A stretch of DNA of 64,000 nucleotides, taken from positions 32,001 through 96,000 of the forward strand of contig JALUTT010000092.1 of NCBI GenBank assembly GCA_027021705.1. The letters run 5' to 3'. The notes below the pieces were generated by a model. That model made no database searches, was not told the origin of the DNA, and saw only the letters and a list, made by a program, of their open reading frames with translations. Made by a program: the position numbers and the translations under genes. Below, piece after piece: positions 44,201 to 52,772 of the stretch (its first letter is position 1; every line of letters starts with the position of its first letter). The DNA is from Anaerolineae bacterium. Lineage in GTDB: Bacteria > Chloroflexota > Anaerolineae > S140-20.

Positions 44201-44782
44201 TTACGTTTCCTCCCCGGTCACCTCGGGCTTCAGCACCCCGATGTAGGGCAGGTTCCGGTAGTGCTCGTCGAAGTCGAGGCCGTAGCCGACGACGAACTCG
44301 TTGGGGATCTCGAACCCCACGTAGTCCAGAGGGATCTCCACCTCGCGGCGCTCCGGCTTGTCCAGCAGGGTGCAGATGCGCAGGCTGGCGGGGTTTCGGG
44401 TGCGCAGGTTGCGGGTGATGTAGTCCAGCGTCCGTCCGCTGTCAATGATGTCCTCGACGATGAGGACATCTCGTCCTTCGGGGCTGGCCTCCAGGTCCAT
44501 CAGGATGCGCACCACGCCGCTGGACTGGGTGGCCCGCCCTCCGTAGCTGGAGATGGCCATAAAGTGGATCTCGTGGGGCACGGTCAGGTGGCGGATCAGG
44601 TCGGCCAGGAAGATGAACGCGCCTTTGAGGATGGCCACGATGAAGACGTCCCGACCCACGTAGTCGGCCGAGATCTGGGCGCCCAGCTCGGCGACCCGGG
44701 CCTGGAGGACTTCTTCGGGGATCAGCACCTGGGCGATCTCGTTCTCGTGATGGGGCATCTCTGTCATCCTTTCCCGCGCCAT
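44201..44782 (-). CDS. hpt: hypoxanthine phosphoribosyltransferase, copy 2 (start uncertain)
   Basis: ILKGAFIFLADL, VLIVEDIIDSGRTL, IPNEFVVGYGLDF, RNLPYIG. Confidence 0.92.
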   Translation of the reverse strand: MARERMTEMPHHENEIAQVLIPEEVLQARVAELGAQISADYVGRDVFIVAILKGAFIFLADLIRHLTVPHEIHFMAISSYGGRATQSSGVVRILMDLEASPEGRDVLIVEDIIDSGRTLDYITRNLRTRNPASLRICTLLDKPERREVEIPLDYVGFEIPNEFVVGYGLDFDEHYRNLPYIGVLKPEVTGEET

Positions 44783-44914
44783 AGGGGCGTTTCCCTCCGC
44801 TGCCGGTGGGGTCGGGCTGCTATGGTGTTGGCGACCGCGTCCATAGCTCCGAGGACCGCCGACGTTTATCCCATCCCCGTCCGGTCGGCTTCGTAGCGCA
44901 GTGGCAGGAGCTCG

Positions 44915-45463
44915 CTACGACTGGTAGACCTCTGGCTTCAGGGCGGCGATGTAGGGGAGCGTGCGGTGCTTGTCGGCGTAGTCCAGTCCGTAGCCCACCA
45001 CCCAGACATCGGGGATCTCGAAGCCCAGGTAGTCAATGGGCACGTCCACCCGCCGGCGTCCCGGCTTGCTGAGCAGCACGCAACTGCGCAGGGAAGCGGG
45101 GTTGCGCGTGGCAAAGTTACGCAGCAGGTAGTCGAGGGTGTGACCGCTGTCCACGATGTCCTCAACGATGAGGACGTGGCGTCCCTCCACGTTCACCTTA
45201 ACGTCCATGATCAGCCGCACCACCCCGCTGCTGGTCGCCGTCTGGCCGTAGCTGGAGAGGGCGATGAAGTCCACGCGGTGGGGGATGGTCAGCTTGCGGG
45301 CCAGGTCGGCCAGAAAGATGAAGGCCCCTTTGAGCACCCCGACCAGGATCAGTTGGTCCACGTCGGCGTAGTCCTGGGAGACCTGCCGGGCCAGCTCGGT
45401 GACCCGCCGTTCGATGGTCTTCTCGTCTATCAAAATGCGTTCCACGTCGGCCGGAACTTGCAT
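44915..45463 (-). CDS. hpt: hypoxanthine phosphoribosyltransferase, copy 1
   Basis: VLKGAFIFLADL, VLIVEDIVDSGHTL, IPDVWVVGYGLDY. Confidence 0.92.
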   Translation of the reverse strand: MQVPADVERILIDEKTIERRVTELARQVSQDYADVDQLILVGVLKGAFIFLADLARKLTIPHRVDFIALSSYGQTATSSGVVRLIMDVKVNVEGRHVLIVEDIVDSGHTLDYLLRNFATRNPASLRSCVLLSKPGRRRVDVPIDYLGFEIPDVWVVGYGLDYADKHRTLPYIAALKPEVYQS

Positions 45464-45545
45464 AGCATCCCCCCCTCTAGGTGCGGCACTTTAGTAGGCC
45501 GGCCCCTCCTCGACTATGGAAGGTTAGGCTCGTTCTTTAGAAACG

Positions 45546-46139
45546 CTAGGCTTCGGGCGAGGGCCGTCGGGGCACCTGGTGGCAGGCCCGGCAGCGGGCC
45601 TCGTAGACCTCCTGGGCTCCCACCAGGATCACCGGATCGTCGTAGGCGGCGGGGCGTCCGTTGATCAGCCGCTGAGTGCGGCTGGCCTCCTGTCCGCAGA
45701 CGACGCAGATGGCCTGGAGCTTGTCCACCTTCTCCGCCTGGGCCATCAAGACGGGCATCGGGCCGAAGGGCTCCCCCCGGAAGTCCATATCCAGCCCGGC
45801 GACGATCACCCGCACCCCCCGGTTGACGAGGGTGTCGCACACTTCGGCGATCTCCCAGCCGAAGAACTGGGCTTCGTCTATGGCCACGACCTCGGTGTCC
45901 GGCTCCACCAGGCGTAGGATCTCCTCCGCTTCGTGGACGACGATGGCGTCCAGCCCCATCCCGTTGTGGGAAGTGACCTGTTCGAGGGTGTACCGGTCGT
46001 CCAAGCTGGGCTTGAAGACCTGAACCTTCTGACGGGCGATCTGGGCCCGATGCACCCGACGGATCAGTTCCTCCGTCTTGCCACTGAACATGCTGCCGCA
46101 GATCACCTCCAGGCGACCGATGCTTCCAGGCGTTCGCAC
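45546..46139 (-). CDS. tdk: thymidine kinase
   Basis: [46 protein letters not shown]. Confidence 0.96.
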   Translation of the reverse strand: MRTPGSIGRLEVICGSMFSGKTEELIRRVHRAQIARQKVQVFKPSLDDRYTLEQVTSHNGMGLDAIVVHEAEEILRLVEPDTEVVAIDEAQFFGWEIAEVCDTLVNRGVRVIVAGLDMDFRGEPFGPMPVLMAQAEKVDKLQAICVVCGQEASRTQRLINGRPAAYDDPVILVGAQEVYEARCRACHQVPRRPSPEA

Positions 46140-46259
46140 CCCTGACCTCCTTGAAGCAAAAAGGGCAGATGGTTGCTCCTCTGCCCTTCAGACGTTCGAT
46201 CCACGATGGTTCCCTGATCAGGTCTCTAGGCGAGCCCCAGGAACTCCTCGGCCCACCGG

Positions 46260-46613
46260 CTACTCAGCAGCAACGGTCTGGGCCTCCTCAGCAGCCTGGG
46301 CCTCCTGGGCTTCCCGTTGGGCCTGGGCTTCGACGAACTCGGCGATGGCCCGCTGGCGCTCCCGCTCGGCCTTGGCAGCGGCCCGCTGACGGGCCTCCTC
46401 CCGCAGCCGCTCACTGCGGGCCAGGCGCTTCAGGAAGCGGTCCACCTGCCCCTCGGTGTCCACGATCCGCTGCTCGCCGGTGAAGAAGGGGTGGCAGGCG
46501 GAGCAGACGTCGGTGCGGATCACCGGCTTTGTCGCCCCCACGGTGAAGGTATTGCCACAACTGCAGATCACCTGGGCGTCTGGATACCACTTGGGATGGA
46601 TTCCTTGCTTCAT
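46260..46613 (-). CDS. rpmE: 50S ribosomal protein L31, Zn-binding type, with long Ala/Glu/Arg-rich C-terminal extension
   Basis: [38 protein letters not shown]. Confidence 0.95.
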   Translation of the reverse strand: MKQGIHPKWYPDAQVICSCGNTFTVGATKPVIRTDVCSACHPFFTGEQRIVDTEGQVDRFLKRLARSERLREEARQRAAAKAERERQRAIAEFVEAQAQREAQEAQAAEEAQTVAAE

Positions 46614-46632
46614 CGTCCCTTCGCTTTCCCCT

Positions 46633-46896
46633 TCAGCGGACAGGCTCTGGGTAGACGCTGACCCGTTTCCGCCCGCCCCGGATCGTCTCGAACTTCACGT
46701 AGCCGTCAATGAGGGAGAAGATGGTGTAATCTCGACCGAGGCCGACGTTGTTGCCCGGCTTGAAGCGGGTGCCGCGCTGGCGGATGATGATGTTGCCGGC
46801 CCGCACGAACTCCCCACCGAATTTCTTCACCCCCAACCGCTTCGAGCGGCTGTCACGACCGTTCCGAGAACTCCCGCCACCTTTCTTGTGAGCCAT
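46633..46896 (-). CDS. rpmA: 50S ribosomal protein L27
   Basis: [22 protein letters not shown]...RQRGT. Confidence 0.98.
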   Translation of the reverse strand: MAHKKGGGSSRNGRDSRSKRLGVKKFGGEFVRAGNIIIRQRGTRFKPGNNVGLGRDYTIFSLIDGYVKFETIRGGRKRVSVYPEPVR

Positions 46897-46908
46897 CCTC
46901 CACCTCCC

Positions 46909-47226
46909 TCACTCCAGAAGGATCTGGTCAACCCGCAGCTGCGTGTAGCGCTGCCGGTGCCCCTGGCGCCGCCGGTACCGCTTCCGAGGGCGGTACTTGA
47001 AGATGCGGATCTTCGGTCCCTTGATCTCCCCCAGCACCGTGGCGAGGACCCGGGCACCGGGAACGGTGGGCTGCCCCACCTGCACGCGCTCGCCATCTAC
47101 GAGGAGGAGCACCCGGTCCAGAACGACCTGTTCCCCTGCCTCGTAGGGAAGTTTTTCCACCTCCAAGATGTCCCCTACCTGGGCGCGATACTGATGTCCG
47201 CCCGTTTCAACGACTGCGTAGACCAC
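46909..47226 (-). CDS. rplU: 50S ribosomal protein L21
   Basis: YAVVETGGHQY...GHRQRYT; GTG start at 47226 after SD GGAGG. Confidence 0.95.
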   Translation of the reverse strand: MVYAVVETGGHQYRAQVGDILEVEKLPYEAGEQVVLDRVLLLVDGERVQVGQPTVPGARVLATVLGEIKGPKIRIFKYRPRKRYRRRQGHRQRYTQLRVDQILLE

Positions 47227-47310
47227 GGGTTTCCTCCGGTTGTCGTTCCCATTCACAACAAGGACGAGCCTTGCGTTCCAGGCCCGTCCTGATTCTCCCC
47301 TCTGGGGAGG

Positions 47311-47383
47311 CTCCTCGGGCAGGACTCGAACCTGCAACCAACCGGTTAACAGCCGGCCGCTCTGCCGATTGAGCTACCGAGGA
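47311..47383 (-). tRNA. tRNA-Asn (GTT); CCA not encoded
   Basis: TCCTCGG/CCGAGGA acceptor stem, TAGCTCAATCGGCAGAGC D-arm, CTGTTAA anticodon loop, GGTTCGAGTCC T-arm. Confidence 0.96.
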
Positions 47384-47404
47384 AACTGACTTCTCGCAGT
47401 GGGG

Positions 47405-47433
47405 ATTATACTCGAAACGTCTTTGATTGTCAA
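47405..47433 (-). promoter_or_regulatory. consensus sigma70 promoter for tRNA-Asn/rplU-rpmA
   Basis: Perfect TTGACA-N17-TATAAT. Confidence 0.85.
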
Positions 47434-47447
47434 ATCTCTGGGAGGCA

Positions 47448-47483
47448 CCTCCCGCAGGTCACGCGGTGGGAACCTGCGGGAGG
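47448..47483. repeat. minimal CCCTCCCGCAGGT-family hairpin
   Basis: CCTCCCGCAGGT-N12-ACCTGCGGGAGG, between two divergent promoters. Confidence 0.8.
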
Positions 47484-47503
47484 GGGTAGCTCTCTCAGGA
47501 AAC

Positions 47504-47532
47504 TTGCTGTCTGGGGAGAAAGCTGGTATAAT
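47504..47532 (+). promoter_or_regulatory. sigma70 promoter with extended -10
   Basis: TTGCTG-N17-TATAAT with TGg immediately before the -10. Confidence 0.65.
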
Positions 47533-47573
47533 CCTGCTCGATACTTCAGACCCCCCGACAGGAGGCTCTTGCG

Positions 47574-49154
47574 GTGGTGCGACGCGAGACGCAGAATCCA
47601 TCTTACTGGCAACGCTTCCGCGTTACGGACGACGACCTGGAACAGTTAACCAACTTCTTCCTGGAGGAAGAGCGTCCTGCCACCCTCGACGAACTGGCCC
47701 TGGCCTTGGTCCGGTATCGCTGTCAGCGGGAAGAAGCAGCCATCCGGCGCAAGCTGACCCAGGGTGCCCTCTTTCAGCCCAAAGACCGCTACGACGTGGG
47801 TGATACCCTCGTCTTCCCCGCCCTGGACTATGCGGTGGGAACGGTGGTCGGCGTTCGGCCCGGCTTCAACCCCGAGTACGGGAGGTTCCGGGTCATTCAG
47901 GTCCAACTGGAGGGGGAGTCCCGCGTGCGGGAGTTCGCCTCCGAGTTTCCCGCCCCCCATCGTCTGAACCAGGAGAACGGCGAGGAGATTGAGCAAGACG
48001 CCCTGCTCACACCGGAGGACCTGTACGGCCTCTACGGCGACTACGTGCGCCAGGCCCTGGCCGACTACTTGGAGCAGGACGAGGGTTTTGTGCGCCTGGG
48101 GGACCAGTGGTTCCTCAAGAGCCTGCTGGTCGAGATCCACATTGGTCACCTGAACATCGCCGAGGCGGTCCTGGACATCAATGGAGGGGGCCCCCTGCCG
48201 CCCGAGGACCTGCTCAAGGAGCTGGACCTGCCGGAGAGCATCAAGGACGAGCTCAAGGTCTTCTCCCTCAACTATGCCCTGCAGCAGGATGAGCGCTTCG
48301 ATGAGGTGGGCCCCACGGGAGAAGTCCTCTGGTTCCTGCGCCGCCTGGAGCCTCCTGAGGTGCTCTACCCTCCACGCCGGCTTCAGGTCACGTCCGTCTC
48401 CTACGACCCCAACATCCTGGATGCTGCCCTCATCCGCCTGATCCAGGAACTGGAGGATGAGCAGGAGACCTTGACCCTGCCCTTCCAGGAAGAGCGGGAC
48501 GAGGTGACGATCACGCTGACCTTCCCCCACCGTCGGGTGGGCTCCCTTCCCCTCACAGACCATCTGGCCCAGTTCTTTCCCACGGGGAAGACCCAGCGCA
48601 TCCGTTTCCTCTTCCGGGATGCGCTGACCGGGAAGGAGTGGCCCGGCTGGGTGGTGCGCGAGGGGCGGTACGTCTTCGGGCTGGCCGACTGGTATGCAGA
48701 GCATGGCTTGCCTGTGGGCGCTTACATTGACATCCGGCGGGCGGAGGAACCCGGCGTCGTGCTCATCAGCTTCCGCCAGCGCCGCGCCAAGCGGGAGTGG
48801 ATTCGGGTGGCCGTTCCCGTAGAGGGACGCCTCACCTTTGAGATGCAGAAACGCACCCTGGCCTGTGAGTATGACGATCTGATGATCGTCGGTGTCCAGG
48901 ACCTGACCGCCATAGACGAGATCTGGATGAAGGCCGAGGAGGCGCGGAAGCCTGTTGGGGAGATCCTCTGGGAGATTTTCCCAGAGCTGGCCAAGCTCAC
49001 GCCTCAGGGAACCGTCCACGCCAAGACCCTCTACAGTGCGGTCAACGTGGTCCGTCGTCTCCCCCCGGGCCCCATCTTCGCCGAGCTGGTCGAGAACCCC
49101 CATTACATCCCCGTGGGAGACAACTACTGGCTCTTCGGTGAAGGGGAGGTGTGA
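47574..49154 (+). CDS. hypothetical soluble acidic protein, 526 aa
   Basis: Long ORF with genome-typical codon usage, SD AGGAGG and an upstream promoter; no family recognised. Confidence 0.8.
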   Translation: MVRRETQNPSYWQRFRVTDDDLEQLTNFFLEEERPATLDELALALVRYRCQREEAAIRRKLTQGALFQPKDRYDVGDTLVFPALDYAVGTVVGVRPGFNPEYGRFRVIQVQLEGESRVREFASEFPAPHRLNQENGEEIEQDALLTPEDLYGLYGDYVRQALADYLEQDEGFVRLGDQWFLKSLLVEIHIGHLNIAEAVLDINGGGPLPPEDLLKELDLPESIKDELKVFSLNYALQQDERFDEVGPTGEVLWFLRRLEPPEVLYPPRRLQVTSVSYDPNILDAALIRLIQELEDEQETLTLPFQEERDEVTITLTFPHRRVGSLPLTDHLAQFFPTGKTQRIRFLFRDALTGKEWPGWVVREGRYVFGLADWYAEHGLPVGAYIDIRRAEEPGVVLISFRQRRAKREWIRVAVPVEGRLTFEMQKRTLACEYDDLMIVGVQDLTAIDEIWMKAEEARKPVGEILWEIFPELAKLTPQGTVHAKTLYSAVNVVRRLPPGPIFAELVENPHYIPVGDNYWLFGEGEV

Positions 49155-49190
49155 CGGTGGCGGGGGCTGCGGGCGCTCGGGTCGGATGGG

Positions 49191-49236
49191 AGCGAGTCAG
49201 CGAGTCGGCGAGTCGGCGAGTCAGCGAGTCAGCGAG
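49191..49236. repeat. octamer tandem repeat (GCGAGTCR)
   Basis: About 5.5 units between two genes. Confidence 0.85.
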
Positions 49237-49244
49237 GGTAGAGG

Positions 49245-49694
49245 ATGACCAGGCCGGTCGCTTCAATCCAGGTTCTTCGCGCATTTAAACCCACCCTCGA
49301 CACCCCTTTCCACATAGACTACGGCTGGTGGGAGCGGTCCGGACTGAACCTCCGGGTCTACCTTCAGAGCCATCTCTGTCCGGAACACCGCAAGCTCTTC
49401 GCCGACCTCCAGGAAGTGGAGGAGATTGACTGGGTGGACGAAGAGACGGCTGAGGTGACCCGGGTGGATGGTCTCCGGCACGTGCTGCGCACCCATTGCA
49501 GCAAGCAGCCGGGCTATATCACTCCCCATACCACGCTGGTGGATGCGATCTTTCGGGTCTTCCTGGCCAACGACAACAAGCCCCTGACCCCGGTTGAATT
49601 GGGACAGCGGATTGGACGGGACCCGATGATGATCCTCCGAGCCCTCTCCCGAGGGCGGGTGTACAAGGGGTTGCGCCCTGTTGTGGATGCATAA
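49245..49694 (+). CDS. hypothetical protein with possible metal site (HLCPEH, HCS) and C-terminal HTH-like segment
   Basis: 149 aa ORF with SD-like AGAGG; PLTPVELGQRIGR. Confidence 0.7.
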   Translation: MTRPVASIQVLRAFKPTLDTPFHIDYGWWERSGLNLRVYLQSHLCPEHRKLFADLQEVEEIDWVDEETAEVTRVDGLRHVLRTHCSKQPGYITPHTTLVDAIFRVFLANDNKPLTPVELGQRIGRDPMMILRALSRGRVYKGLRPVVDA

Positions 49695-49788
49695 GGACCC
49701 TCGTAGGAGACGGGATGTGGAACGGTCCAGCGCCTCCCCCATCGTCTTCGTTGCGGGGCTCTGGCCGCTTCGGGCGGGTTGACCGGCG

Positions 49789-50277
49789 ATGAAGCTCCTG
49801 GCCGATGCTATGCTGGGCCGGCTGGCCCGCTGGCTCCGCATCCTGGGGTACGACACCACCTACCTGACCGACACCGACGACTACACGGTGATGCGGGTGG
49901 CGCGAGCGGAAGGGCGGCTGCTGTTGACCCGGGACCGGGCGCTGGCCGCCCGGATCGGCCTGGGTGCCCTGCTCATCACCAGCGAGAAGCTGGAAGACCA
50001 GCTCCGACAGGTCCTCTCGACGTTGGGTCCCTCCTCCGCCAAACCCTTCACCCGCTGCCCCATCTGCAACACGCCGTTGGAACCCGTGGATCGCGAGACG
50101 GCCCGGGCGTGGGTTCCCCTCTACGTCTATCAGACCCAGTCCCAGTTCTACCACTGCCCCGATTGCAACCGCTTCTACTGGCCGGGCACCCACTGGCAAC
50201 AGATGCGGGCCCTGTTGAGCCGCGTGGACCGCACCGTGCGGGATGGCACGTCCGTTTCCGAACAGAAAGGAGGTTGA
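49789..50277 (+). CDS. Mut7-C RNase domain (PIN fold plus zinc ribbon) protein
   Basis: ADAMLGRLARWLRILGYD, LLLTRD, RCPICN...CPDCNRFYWPGTHW. Confidence 0.9.
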   Translation: MKLLADAMLGRLARWLRILGYDTTYLTDTDDYTVMRVARAEGRLLLTRDRALAARIGLGALLITSEKLEDQLRQVLSTLGPSSAKPFTRCPICNTPLEPVDRETARAWVPLYVYQTQSQFYHCPDCNRFYWPGTHWQQMRALLSRVDRTVRDGTSVSEQKGG

Positions 50278-50281
50278 CGCG

Positions 50282-50635
50282 CTGAAGGTCGAACCCATCG
50301 AGTTGGCCCGACGCCTGGTGGACGCCATCGTGGACAAGAAGGGGGAGGATGTCCTGCTGCTGGACATCCGGGAGCAGGCGGTCTTCACCGACTACTTCAT
50401 CATCTGCAGCGGCGAGAGCGAACGGCAGCTTCGGGCCATCCTGGAGGGCGTTCGGGAGACGGCCAAGAAGCAGTTCCACACGCTGCCCCTCCAGGTGGAA
50501 GGCGAGGCGATCAGCGGATGGGTGCTGGTGGACTACGGTGACGTGATCGTCCACATCTTCGCCCCGGAGTTGCGCACCTACTACGACCTGGAAGGGCTCT
50601 GGCGCGAGGGCCGGGTCGTCGTGCGAATCCAGTAG
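50282..50635 (+). CDS. rsfS: ribosome silencing factor (probable CTG start)
   Basis: DKKGEDVLLLDI, TDYFIICSG, WVLVDYGDVIVHIF, YYDLEGLW; SD AGGAGG lies 8 nt before the CTG at 50282. Confidence 0.9.
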   Translation: MKVEPIELARRLVDAIVDKKGEDVLLLDIREQAVFTDYFIICSGESERQLRAILEGVRETAKKQFHTLPLQVEGEAISGWVLVDYGDVIVHIFAPELRTYYDLEGLWREGRVVVRIQ

Positions 50636-50651
50636 GCAATGCCTCCTCGGC

Positions 50652-51027
50652 CTATTGGATGGGACACGGATAAACGCGGGTCCGACGGATAGGCACGGAT
50701 GTTTTCAGATATTTTTTAGAAAATCTGTGGCTATCCGTAGCATCCGTGTCATCCGTGGTCTATTGGATGGGACACGGATAAACACGGATTGGACGGATGG
50801 GCACGGATGTTTCTGAGAGATCTGTGGCTATCCGTAGCACCTGTGTCATCCGTGGTCTATCGTCTATTGGATGGGACACGGATAAACGCGGGTCCGACGG
50901 ATAGGCACGGATGTTTTCAGATATTTTTTAGAAAATCTGTGGCTATCCGTAGCATCCGTGTCATCCGTGGTCTATCGTCTATTAGATGGGGCACGGATAA
51001 ACACGGATCCGACGGATAGGCACGGAC
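50652..51027. repeat. tandem array of ~105 bp palindromic CACGGAT/ATCCGTG units (3.5 copies)
   Basis: Units 1 and 3 match at a 212 bp offset; each unit has about 4 CACGGAT-like words then about 4 ATCCGTG-like words. Confidence 0.9.
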
Positions 51028-51186
51028 TTGGGCCCGCACAGCCAGCCGGGCCTTCATCCGGTAGTTGAAGCGTGCCGTCCTCCCCAGGTCCTCCCGGTAG
51101 AGGATGGGTGAACGTCCCCTCAGTTCGTACTGCTTGAGCCGCGTCGGCTGGTTCGCCGATTGGGCGATCAGCCCCTCCAGGTCCAC
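51025..51186 (-). pseudogene. possible gene remnant resembling the C-terminal region of bacterial alpha-2-macroglobulins
   Basis: DLEGLIAQSANQPTRLKQYELRGRSPILYREDLGRTARFNYRMKARLAVRAQV; no convincing start; both ends run into repeats. Confidence 0.4.
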
Positions 51187-51264
51187 GATGATCCACAGTC
51201 CACAGTCCTCAGTCCTCAGTCCGCCGCTACGCCGCCATCCGCTATGCCGCTATGCCGCTATCCG

Positions 51265-52197
51265 CTATACCCCCAGCCCCCGAGCCCGCCGTTCCTGGGG
51301 CAGCAGGCTGTGGTAGAGGAAGGTGTGGAGGGGAGTAGCGACGCCCACCTCCCGTCCCAGCCGCACGACGGCCCCGTTCTGGGCCTCCAGTTCCGAGGGC
51401 CGCCCTTCGAGGATGTCCCGCTGCATCGAGGCCGTCGCGCCGGGGGGCAGGCTGTCCACGAAGGCCATCGCCCGGTCTACGGCGTCGCCGGCCAGAGCGA
51501 TGCCCCGGGCCTGGGCGACGGCGACGATCTCCTCCATCGCCTGGAGCAGCATCTGGCGGGTCTGGGGAAGGGAGCGCAGGACGCCGACGGGCGCCCGGGT
51601 CACGGCCCCCACGCCGCCCAGGGAGGCGATGAAGAGGAACTTCTCCCACATCGCCGCCTGGATGTCGGGGGGCACCTCGGCCTTCACACCGGCGCGGAGG
51701 AAGGCTTGGCGCAGCCGCTCCGCCCGCTCGCTGGGGCGGTTGTCCAGCTCGCCGAAGGCGATGTAGGGCTCGGCCCCGGCGTGGCGGATCCGCCCCGGCC
51801 CGACGCGGGCGCTGAAGATCTTGCAGAGGCCACCCAGGACGTGCTCGGGGTCCAGGACGGCGGCCAGTTGGTCCGGCGCTTCCACGCCGTTCTGGAGGGG
51901 AACGACGAAGCTCTCCGGCCCCACCAGGGGGCGCATAGCCCGGGCCGCCTCGGGCACCTGCCAGGCCTTCACGCCGACCAGGACGACGTCCACAGGGCCG
52001 ACCTGGGCGGGGTCGTCGGTGGCCTGGACCGGGTACAGGTGGAAGTCGCCCAGGATGCTCTCCACCTGCAGGCCCTGCCGGCGCATAGCCTGCAGGTGTT
52101 CGCCTCGGGCGATGAAGATCACCTCTTCGCCGGCCTGGGCCAGCCGTCCTCCGAAGTAGCCACCCACAGCACCGGCACCGAAGACGGCAATGCGCAT
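51265..52197 (-). CDS. panE: 2-dehydropantoate 2-reductase
   Basis: IAVFGAGAVGGYFG, VKAWQ, PLQNGV, MWEKF, SMQRDILEGRPSELE; SD AGGAGG before the ATG at 52197. Confidence 0.93.
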   Translation of the reverse strand: MRIAVFGAGAVGGYFGGRLAQAGEEVIFIARGEHLQAMRRQGLQVESILGDFHLYPVQATDDPAQVGPVDVVLVGVKAWQVPEAARAMRPLVGPESFVVPLQNGVEAPDQLAAVLDPEHVLGGLCKIFSARVGPGRIRHAGAEPYIAFGELDNRPSERAERLRQAFLRAGVKAEVPPDIQAAMWEKFLFIASLGGVGAVTRAPVGVLRSLPQTRQMLLQAMEEIVAVAQARGIALAGDAVDRAMAFVDSLPPGATASMQRDILEGRPSELEAQNGAVVRLGREVGVATPLHTFLYHSLLPQERRARGLGV

Positions 52198-52212
52198 GGG
52201 AACCTCCTGTTG

Positions 52213-52772
52213 TAGCGGGCTAGCGGCGTAGCGGTTAGCGGCGTAGCGGTTAGCGGCATAGCGACCTAGCGGCTGGCGGCGCAGCGGCGGACCAAGGGAT
52301 GAGGCACCGAGGACCGAGGCACTGAGGGCCGAGCGGCGTAGCGACCTAGCGGCTGGCGGCGTAGCGGCGGGCCGAGGGCTGAGGCACCGAGGACCGAGGA
52401 CTGAGGACTGTACCTCCCATCCGCTCAATCCGTTCTCAAATCCGCTGACAGCTATCCGTTCCAGGGCGACCTAACGGCAAGCAGCTTAGCGGTGGACTGA
52501 GGACTGCATAGCCGACCGCCGACGGCCGACGGCCGACCGCCGCCGGGGGAGGCACCGAGGGCTGAGGCACTGAGGGCCGAGCGGCGTAGCGACCTAGCGG
52601 CTGGCGGCGTAGCGGCGGGCCGAGGGCTGAGGCACCGAGGACCGAGGACTGAGGACTGTACCTCCCATCCGCTCAATCCGTTCTCAAATCCGCTGACAGC
52701 TATCCGTTCCAGGGCGACCTAACGGCAAGCAGCTTAGCGGCAGACTGCGGACTGCGGACTGCGGACTAAGGA
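52213..52772. repeat. composite repeat block containing a ~177 bp direct duplication (period 248)
   Basis: 52316-52492 matches 52564-52740; built from TAGCGGCG, GAGGACC/GAGGACT and ATCCGCT modules. Confidence 0.9.

Noticed and set aside
47227..47337. N-terminal extension of L21 given by the ORF track
   Set aside because: It overlaps tRNA-Asn; the SD and homology support GTG at 47226.
47290..47400. tRNA-Asn as an integration site for a prophage or island
   Set aside because: No integrase and no duplicated tRNA 3' end were seen; the flanking genes are housekeeping.
50652..51027. CRISPR array
   Set aside because: Units are about 105 bp, the intervening sequences are themselves repeated rather than unique spacers, and there are no cas genes in the window.
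52198..52428. N-terminal extension of PanE; likewise the ORF-track extensions of HdrA (34642), MetV (39815), AcsB (25581) and TrpCF (58561)
   Set aside because: They are translations of repeats or of neighbouring genes; downstream starts match the family N-termini.
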